This document shows, piece after piece, positions 53,541 through 61,438 of a stretch of 64,000 nucleotides of DNA. The translations under genes and the position numbers were made by a program. The stretch is from positions 256,001 to 320,000 of the forward strand of contig CAWCKH010000001.1 in assembly GCA_963796055.1 (NCBI GenBank). The letters are read 5' to 3'. Position 1 is the first letter of the stretch. Every line of letters begins with the position of its first letter. The stretch is from an uncultured delta proteobacterium. GTDB taxonomy: Bacteria > Myxococcota > Myxococcia > Myxococcales > Myxococcaceae. Under the pieces are notes generated by a model. The model worked only from the letters and a program-made list of their open reading frames with translations, was not told where the DNA came from and did no database searches.

Positions 53541-56121
53541 TTATTCCTTCTCGCGTGGGTACGGGGGAACGTAGGGAGAGGTGATGTTGTGCACCTTGGC
53601 CACCGCTTCGGGCCGGTCCGCTCCGTGGCACAGCTCGCACGTCTCCACCGGCGTACCGTTCATGTCGGCGGTGTTCTGCTTGGCGTGCTCGCTGGCTGCG
53701 GCCGAGTCATGGCAGGTGATGCACGCTCGGGTGGTGGGAGCCTGCCAGGCGACGTTGAGGCACTTGCCGTTGGCGCTGCAGGTCTGTCCGTAGCCGCAGG
53801 GCACGCTCGACGAGCAGGTCGCATTGGTGTCCTGGTGGCAGTTGGTGCACGACCGGACGTCGAGCGGCGCAAGGATCTCCTGGAAGTCGAGCAGACGGTT
53901 GCTGTTGCCCAGGTAGTTCAGAGTCGCCGGCGCAATGCTCGGGGGCAATCCGAGGTTCTCACGCTCCTTGTAGCCCTCGCGCAGCCGCGCGAAGTGGATG
54001 TTGTGCACCAGCTGCTGGTAGTCGACGACGATTCCGGGCGTGGGGTCCTTGGTCACGACGCAGGTCCCGGACTGGCACTCTTCCCAGCCGGCCGAGAAGC
54101 CTGGGCAATCGGCGTTGCCGTTGGTGGTGCAGCTCACCCCCTTTGACCCGATCACCCGGTCGAACGCGCCCTCGCTGTGGCAGGTGCTGCAGGTCTCGCC
54201 GTTCTTCCGCTGGCCGCCGTGGAGCGCCAAGTGCGGGAACCCGCCAGGAGACATGCCGTGGCACGCACCGCAGGCGGCCTGCGTCACCACCTGACGTCCC
54301 GTGGCCTTCTGGTTGACTCCGAAGGCGACCGCAACCTGTGCATCGACCGCGTCACGCACTCCGCCCGGCGCAGGCGGCGGCGGCGTGGTCTTCGCCCAGT
54401 AGAACCAGACCGTGTAGTTCCCCGGCGGATTGGTCTGCGTTCCGCCGTCCGCGTTGACCGGGGGCAGTGGGTTGGTCGGCCAGGTCCCCGGCGGGACATA
54501 GGTGTAGGTCTGCGACGTCGAGTCGTAGGTCAGCGTCCCCGACGTCTTCATGCTCAACCCGCCGGTGGCAGTGCCGTAGACCCGCTGGGGGTTCGAGGTC
54601 GGACCGGCCACGAGGAACGTGCCGGCCCAGGCGCCATTGGGCTTGAGATCCGCCACCGACGCCGGGGTCGACTGGTTGTCGAAGAGCTGGAACTTCAGGG
54701 TCAGGGTGTCGTTCACCTGGAAGCTGCCGCCCGGCCCGCTCCCGCCGGTCACGGTCACGTTCTTGAACGTGTAGCCGTCGAGGCTGACCTGCGGATCGTA
54801 TGGGGTGATCTGGTGTGCCAGAGTGATCGGAGAGAGGCCGTTGCTCGGCCCATGGCAGGTGGAGCACTGGGCATCGTCGTCCTGCCTCGGGTGAAAGGTC
54901 AGCTCGCAGTTCTTGGTCGTGGTGTTGCACGTGGCGAGGGAGCTCAGCGCGCTGCAGCTCGCATCGTTGGTGCAAGGAGTGTTCGGGGCGGGGAGACCGA
55001 GCACCGTGGGCGGGGTGATGGCGACGGTCCCGCTCGGGTCGACGCCTCCATCCGGCAAGAGCGGTCCGGCGAAGAAGACGTTGTCATGACAGGTCCCGCA
55101 GGCCGCGCGGGAGGGCTTGTTCTTCCACGCCTCGTCGACGTGGCAGCTGGTGCAGCTCTTCTCCATCGCCACCGAGGCAGGCAAGGCCACGCCTGGCGTC
55201 CCCCCGGTGGGCATCGCCGGGAAGCCGACGTTGAGGAAGGCGGAGAGCGTGGTGTCCGTGCCGTAGCCGTATTCCGGGTGCGCCACGCCCGCGGCCAGCT
55301 GGTGCTCGCCGCGGTGAACCCCGTGGGTCTTTCGCAGCAAGGGATTGGGGCTGTACCCGGCGTTGTTGTGGCAGGCCTTGCAGCTGCCGATGGGAAGCGA
55401 GTCGAGCGCGTAGTCGCCCACCGGCGCGCGGGGTGGCGCCGGGACGATGTGCGCCATGTACATCTTGCCGCCAGGGGCGACGTTCCGGTGGCAGCTCGCG
55501 CAGCTCGAGTCCTCCGCAGGTCCGCTCGCGTTCGGCTCGACCGTGGCCGTCCCGATCTGGAAGTCCTCGAGGACGAACATCTGGTTGAGCGGGTCCGGGC
55601 CGCTCGCCCAGACCGAGGCGGTGTACGTGCCGGGCGCCTCGGTGGTGATCGGGTTGAGGGTGTAGACGACCGTCCCATCCGGCTGGACGGTCATGTTCGG
55701 GTTCGGACTTCCACCGTCCGCGAGCGGTTTGAGACCCTGGGCTCTGAAGGGCCCCGGAGCGCCGCCGTCAGGGAGCAGCGAGTTCAGCAGGTTGTACGCA
55801 GTCACCGTCTGGAGGGGTGAACGGGGGCCCACCACGAAGAAGTCGGCGGTGGAGCCGAGGCTCGCCGGAGGCACCTTTCCGCAGGCATTGGCGAAGGTGA
55901 TGGTCACCACCGGCCGTTCCCCGGCTGCGAAGTAGCTGCCGTTCACCGGGCTCGAGACCGCCAGCGTGGCGCCGATCCTCGGGGGACTGCACGCAGGGGT
56001 TAGGACCGGCGTCGCCGGTGGTCCCCGTGGGGCCTGGCGGGCCCGGGGGGCCCTGCGTTCCTTGCTCCCCGCATCCGAGGCCGACGACCACCACCCCCAA
56101 CAGCGACAGCGCCAGCCGCAT
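53541..56121 (-). CDS. OmcA/MtrC-like decaheme lipoprotein, frameshifted near its 5' end
   Basis: Signal and lipobox (LGC) plus GPPGPPGP in ORF 55768..56145; 10 CxxCH in ORF 53541..55946; total span is 3n+1. Confidence 0.8.
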
Positions 56122-56250
56122 CGCCGTCCCCCTGTGCTGTGTCACCGGAGGCCCTCCCGAGGCGGCGGACTGTACCCCCTCATCCTGCGGGAAGGAATCA
56201 GCCTTTCGGCCTACGCCTGCCCGGCGCGAGCCACCGACCCACCGGCCCGC

Positions 56251-56342
56251 GTCGCCCTATCCCACCGGCGACAGACACCTGAACATTCTTGCGACTCCCC
56301 CGTCGATCCGCTAGGCGTCACGCAACTCGGAGGGCTCGCATG
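56251..56342 (+). repeat. Duplicated upstream leader/promoter, copy A
   Basis: Similar to 57075-57169 (GAACATtCTTGCGACTC..CCGTCGAT.CGCTAGGCGTC...GGAGGGC.CGCATG). Confidence 0.75.
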
Positions 56343-56693
56343 AACCACGTCCGTCTCCTGGCCTCGATCGCAGCCGGTTCAGTTCTCCTCAGCACCACGG
56401 TGATGGCCCAGGCCGACCCCAAGAAGGTCGAGCGCGCGTGGAAGGCCAAGTGCTCGTCCTGCCACGGGGCGACGGGCAAGGCGGACACCGAGAAGGGTCA
56501 GCAGATGAAGATCGTCGACATGACCACGCCGGCGTTCCAGGCGAAGAAGGACGACGAGCTCAAGAACGCCATCCTCAACGGCGTGAAGAAGGAGAAGGGG
56601 GGCGTGAAGCAGGAGATGGACGCCTTCAAGGGCGACCTGACGCCCGAGCAGGTCGACGCCCTCGTCGCCTACATCCGCGCGTTCAAGAAGTAG
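56340..56693 (+). CDS. Monoheme class I cytochrome c (paralog 1)
   Basis: Signal peptide; CSSCH; distal EMDAF. Confidence 0.88.
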   Translation: MNHVRLLASIAAGSVLLSTTVMAQADPKKVERAWKAKCSSCHGATGKADTEKGQQMKIVDMTTPAFQAKKDDELKNAILNGVKKEKGGVKQEMDAFKGDLTPEQVDALVAYIRAFKK

Positions 56694-56733
56694 CGGTCGG
56701 CATCCGCGCCGCCGTCAGCCCCCGGAGCCTCTC

Positions 56734-57069
56734 ATGAACCTCGTCCGTTTCTCGGCATCGCTCGCCGCCGCCTCGCTTCTCCTCGGTGCCACGGCGATGG
56801 CACAGGCAGATCCCAAGAAGACCGAGCGTGCGTGGAAGTCCAAGTGCGCCTCCTGCCATGGCGCCGCCGGCAAGGGCGACACCGACAAGGGCAAGGAGCT
56901 CAAGGTACCCGACATGACCACGGCGGCCTTCCAGGCGAAGAAGGACGACGAGCTCAAGAAGGTCATCCTCGAAGGCACGGAGAAGCACAAGGACCACGCC
57001 TTCAAGAGCGAGCTGACCCCCGAGCAGGCCGACGCCTTCGTGGCGTACATCCGCAGCTTCAAGAAGTAG
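56734..57069 (+). CDS. Monoheme class I cytochrome c (paralog 2, no distal Met)
   Basis: CASCH; KHKDHAF at the distal-ligand position. Confidence 0.88.
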   Translation: MNLVRFSASLAAASLLLGATAMAQADPKKTERAWKSKCASCHGAAGKGDTDKGKELKVPDMTTAAFQAKKDDELKKVILEGTEKHKDHAFKSELTPEQADAFVAYIRSFKK

Positions 57070-57074
57070 CCGGA

Positions 57075-57169
57075 GTCGCCCTGCCCCTCAGCCGGCAGAT
57101 CGTCTTGAACATCCTTGCGACTCGCCCGTCGATTCGCTAGGCGTCCATCAACTCTGGAGGGCACGCATG
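57075..57169 (+). repeat. Duplicated upstream leader/promoter, copy B
   Basis: See copy A at 56251-56342. Confidence 0.75.
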
Positions 57170-57511
57170 AAGAACATCCGTCTCCTGGCCTCGATCGCAG
57201 CGGGTTCACTTCTCCTCAGCGCCACGGCAATGGCCCAAGCGGATCCCAAGAAGGTCGAACGTGCCTGGAAGTCCAAGTGCGCCTCCTGCCACGGCCAGAC
57301 CGGCAAGGGCGACACCGACAAGGGCAAGGAGCTGAAGGTCGAGGACATGACCGCCGCCAAGTACCAGTCCAAGAAGGACGATGAGCTCAAGAAGGCCATC
57401 ACCGACGGGGTCAAGGCGGACGGGAAGGAAGTCATGCCGTCCTTCAAGGACGAGCTGACCCCGGAGCAGGCCGAGGCCCTGATCAAGTACACCCGCACCT
57501 TCAAGAAGTAG
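57167..57511 (+). CDS. Monoheme class I cytochrome c (paralog 3)
   Basis: CASCH; distal VMPSF. Confidence 0.88.
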   Translation: MKNIRLLASIAAGSLLLSATAMAQADPKKVERAWKSKCASCHGQTGKGDTDKGKELKVEDMTAAKYQSKKDDELKKAITDGVKADGKEVMPSFKDELTPEQAEALIKYTRTFKK

Positions 57512-57562
57512 GCGTTTGCGGTCAGTGGGCGCCCCAGCGAGCCCGGGCGCGCCCCCGCCCGG

Positions 57563-59134
57563 TCATGGGGTGCGCCGGTTCCGCTCCTGCGACCGGCGGC
57601 GGCTCAGCTCACGGATCTTGAGCCCCATCACCACGGCCAGGAACGACATCACCCCGATCGAGACCAGGAGCCCGTTGCGCCGGTACCGCTGCTCCTTCCG
57701 CGCGGCTCGCAGGAGCGTCTCCGTCTTGGCAACCGCCTCGCGAGCGCCCTTGGCGCCCTGATCGAATCCGCCACGATCGAAGGTGTGCACCCGGGTCCGT
57801 GTTTGCCGGAGGGCGTCGTTGATCTCGTCCAGCGAGGCGAGGATCGGCTCGGTGTCCAGTCCGCGCGTCGCCAGGTGCTCCGCCTCGGGCCGGAGCTGCT
57901 GGCTGGTCGTCACCAGGTCGGTGAGACTGCTCCGGAAGTAGCGCGCCGTCGCGTTGCACTCCGGATTGTCCTTGGCGTTCTGGGCGTGACACGCACCACA
58001 CAGGCCGTCCGGCGCATCGGAGATCAGCGTGTCCGTCGGCTTGGCGATCGCGTGCTTCCCATGACACTTCTCGCACTCTGGCCAGTGGTGTGCCTCGAAC
58101 GCCTGCTTGTGCTTGCTCCCGTCGAAGAAGATGCCGTTCTGGGTGTGGCAGGTGCGGCAGACCTGCGAGATCGAGCTCACCTTCGGCGGCATGGCCGCGT
58201 GATTGCCATGGCAGTCGTTACAGGCCGGAGCACCCAGGTCTCCCTTTTCCAGAAGCGCCTTTCCGTGCACTGATTTCTTGAAGCCTTCCAGCTGGTCGGT
58301 GGGCAGGGGCGTTCCATCGTCCTTCTTGTATCCGGCCATGTACTTGGGGTCGGCATGGCAGTGGCCGCAGGTCTGCGGAATGGCCTGGGGGTACACCATG
58401 GACTTTGGGCTGTTGGGGCCCCGGATGCCGTGCACCCCGTGACAGCTCACGCACTGCGCCGCCTTGGAGTCCTTCTGTTGCAAGAGGAGGATGCCATGCT
58501 GGCTGTCGCGGTACTTGGAGAGCTGGTCGGTGGGGAGCGAGGGGTTGAAGCCGCGCATGAAGTTGGGGTCCGCGTGGCACCGGGCGCAGAACTCCGGGAT
58601 CCAGGTTCGGTCCACGTGGCGCACGTCGGCCTTGGGCCAGCGAGCGGCGATGTCCGGGGTCATCACGTCCTTCTCCGGAGAGCCTCCGTGGCACCCCGAG
58701 CAGGAAAGCCCGCGGCGGAAGTGCACGTCGCTCACGAAGTTCTTGAGGTTCAAGAGCTCCGACGACTGGGTGGCCTTGGGGTCCGGCGAGAAGAGGTGGA
58801 TCTTCTTCTGCGACTCGGGATCGGTGTGGCAGAGGATGCAATTGTCGGAGAAGAGGATCGCCGCCCCCTGCGAGGACAGCTCCAGGGACAGCAGGGCCTT
58901 GAGGTGCCTGGCTCCGCCCAGGGTGAGCGCATCCAAGTCCTTTCCGATGAGCTCACGCGTGTGCGGCGGCAGCTTCTTGAGGTACGTCCGCTCGGTGTCT
59001 CCCAGGATGGGCGTGCCGTCCTTCCCCTTCTCCTGGAACAGCGCCTCCACCGAGGCCGGGAGCTTGCCCTCGTCGGGGGCAGGGGTCGGGGCGGTCTGGC
59101 CCAGGATCAGCAGCAGCGGCCACAGTCCCTTCAT
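57563..59134 (-). CDS. Nonaheme cytochrome c with a C-terminal membrane anchor
   Basis: CILCH, CSGCH, CARCH, CVSCH, CGHCH, CNDCH, CRTCH, CEKCH, CGACH; C-terminal TM helix. Confidence 0.85.
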   Translation of the reverse strand: MKGLWPLLLILGQTAPTPAPDEGKLPASVEALFQEKGKDGTPILGDTERTYLKKLPPHTRELIGKDLDALTLGGARHLKALLSLELSSQGAAILFSDNCILCHTDPESQKKIHLFSPDPKATQSSELLNLKNFVSDVHFRRGLSCSGCHGGSPEKDVMTPDIAARWPKADVRHVDRTWIPEFCARCHADPNFMRGFNPSLPTDQLSKYRDSQHGILLLQQKDSKAAQCVSCHGVHGIRGPNSPKSMVYPQAIPQTCGHCHADPKYMAGYKKDDGTPLPTDQLEGFKKSVHGKALLEKGDLGAPACNDCHGNHAAMPPKVSSISQVCRTCHTQNGIFFDGSKHKQAFEAHHWPECEKCHGKHAIAKPTDTLISDAPDGLCGACHAQNAKDNPECNATARYFRSSLTDLVTTSQQLRPEAEHLATRGLDTEPILASLDEINDALRQTRTRVHTFDRGGFDQGAKGAREAVAKTETLLRAARKEQRYRRNGLLVSIGVMSFLAVVMGLKIRELSRRRSQERNRRTP

Positions 59135-60536
59135 CTCGGAACCCCCAGCTGGACGGCGGGCTTGTTCCGCGACGCCACCACCACGCCGGCGATGACCAGG
59201 ACCAAGGCAACGGCTCCCGCGATCAGGTAGTCGACCCCGAGCACGCCGTTGAGGAAAACTTGAAGGAGCGCCGCGCCGGAGAAGAACATCCAGCGCTGCC
59301 GGTAAGCCAGGAGCCTGAGCATGGCGATGGCCGATGCCAGCCCCAGCGTGATCCAGGCGCACGTCCAGGCGGTGGACCGGGGATCGGGAAGCTTCCCGGG
59401 GACGGCTCCCCCCCGATGTCCCACGCCTTCAGGGTGAGATAGGCCATGAAGATGATCGCGGCGATCGCCAGATCGGTGAACATGGGAGACGGCTGACCCT
59501 TCGCCGCGCGGCGATCCAGCCAGGGCACCAGCGCCCAGATCCCCATCAGTACCGTCACCACCAGCAGCGCCGCCTGCGGTCCTTCCATCCCCGCGAGGTG
59601 CGCCGGGAACTCCTTCAGCAGCTGGTAGATCCAGAGGAAGTACCACTCCGGCTTGATGCCCGGATAGGCGGGTGCGAGCGGGTTGGCCTTCTTTCCCAGC
59701 TCCCATTCGATCCCGGGGATGCCAGGCCCGTACGGGAGCAGGTACACCAGCACGCTCAGGAGGATCAGGCACACCAGCCAGAGGAGGAGATCCCTGACAA
59801 GAAAGTCGGGGAAGAACTTGAGGCCTGGCCGATCCGGTCGCTGGTGGTGCATGGCCGGGGCCATTCCCTGGACCTGGATGAAGAGAAGGTGGCCTGACAC
59901 CACCGCCACGATGACCAGGGGAAGGATGACCACGTGCAGAGCGAAGAAGCGATAGAGCGTGTTGATGGTGACGTCGGGCCCACCCCGCATCACTTCCAGC
60001 AACCACTGACCGATCACCGGCACGCTCTTGACCGAGTCGGTGCCCACCGCGGTGGCGAAGAAGGACAGCTCGTTCCAGGGGAGCAGGTAGCCGGAGAAGC
60101 CGAAGGCCAGGGCGATCCCGAAGAGACCGAAGCCGGTGAGCCAGGTCAGCTCCCGGGGCTTCCGGTAGGCCTTGAGGATCATCGTGCTGAACATGTGAAC
60201 CACCAGCGAGATGATCATCAGATGCGCGCTCCAGCAATGGATGGAGCGGATCAGCCAGCCGAAGGGCACCCGGGCCGTGATGTAGCGGATCGACTCGTAC
60301 GAGGTCGCCTCCCCCGCCTGGTAGTACATGAGGAGCAGCACGCCCGATGCGACCTGGATGGTGAAGAAGAAGAGCGTCGTCCCGCCCAGGTAGTACCAGA
60401 CCATCGAGTGGCCACCGACCGGCACCTCCTTGTGGCGGACGAACTCCACCAGCTTCGCGAGCCCGAAGCGCTCGTCCAGCCATCGGTAGAGGCGCTCGCC
60501 CACGGGAAGGGGGGCTTCCGGCTGCGCCCCGATCAT
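59131..60536 (-). CDS. Cytochrome b of a Rieske/cytochrome b complex, frameshifted at a G7 run
   Basis: WLDERF, RSIHCWSAH, HMF, GYLLPW, RFFALH, KPEWYF in ORF 59223..60716; extra TM tail in ORF 59131..60483; span is 3n+2. Confidence 0.85.
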
Positions 60537-60997
60537 GCGGTTCCCATCGTCAGCGTGATCTGGTCCCCTTCCCGGGTGGCGACCCACTTCGCCAGAGGAC
60601 GGGGCGGCGGCCCGGAGACCACCCGCCCGTTCAGATCGAACTTGCCGTTGTGGCAGGCGCACCAGATGAGCGAGTCGCCGGGGACGAACTGCACGGTGCA
60701 GCCCTCGTGGGTGCACTTGGCGTCCAGGGCGTGAAGCTGCCCACCCGCCTCGAACACGATCACCTTCCGGGTGCCGGACCGGGCAATGACGAAGTGTGAC
60801 TTGTTGAGGGTGGAAACCTCCTCCGCGCTCAGCTTCAAGGGGCCACCGGCCCCCACGTCATTCAGCGGGCGCAGGTAGCGCAGCGCCGGATAAAGGACGC
60901 TGACCGCCCAGCCCAGGACTCCGGCGCCGAGAAGCCAGTTCAGGAGGTTGCGCCGTGCCGGCTTCGCGCTCTGAGCGACAGGGGCTGTCATGTCCAC
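60533..60997 (-). CDS. Rieske 2Fe-2S protein
   Basis: Tat-like RRNLL, CTHEGC, CACHNG, GPPPRPL. Confidence 0.92.
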   Translation of the reverse strand: MDMTAPVAQSAKPARRNLLNWLLGAGVLGWAVSVLYPALRYLRPLNDVGAGGPLKLSAEEVSTLNKSHFVIARSGTRKVIVFEAGGQLHALDAKCTHEGCTVQFVPGDSLIWCACHNGKFDLNGRVVSGPPPRPLAKWVATREGDQITLTMGTA

Positions 60998-61438
60998 CGT
61001 CCTGTTCTTCTGGAGTTCGCTGAGCAGCCAGGTTCGTTGGAAAGGGAAGCGCTGTCACGCACATTCCAGGCCAGGTTGCCTGGTCGAGTGGGCCGGATGA
61101 TCGAAAGGTCAGCCCGGAGCGTCCACTCACGTTCGACTCGCGTCGCAACGCGTCGAAGGTCACGCAGGGTGCGTCGATCCCGAGCTGGGAGCTCCCTCGT
61201 ATCCACGCGATTCCTGCATTCGTGAGGAGAGTGCGTGCAACCCTTGCGCTCCGGCTGATGCGCCGCGCCGAGAACGCCTGCGGCACCGGCGAAATCCGAG
61301 GGGTCCGGTTCTTGCTCGGGAGGGCGCCGACCCAGTCCGGGTCGTGTGCCGTACGCCTATGGTCCACCACGACGAAGCTGCTCCGACTGTTCCAGATTTC
61401 GCCTCAAGACTTCTACGCCATGACCTCGAGGGGGTCCC

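Noticed and set aside
61000..61438. FNR/CRP-type or sigma54 sites in the Rieske/MtrC divergent promoter
   Set aside because: No convincing consensus match by eye.
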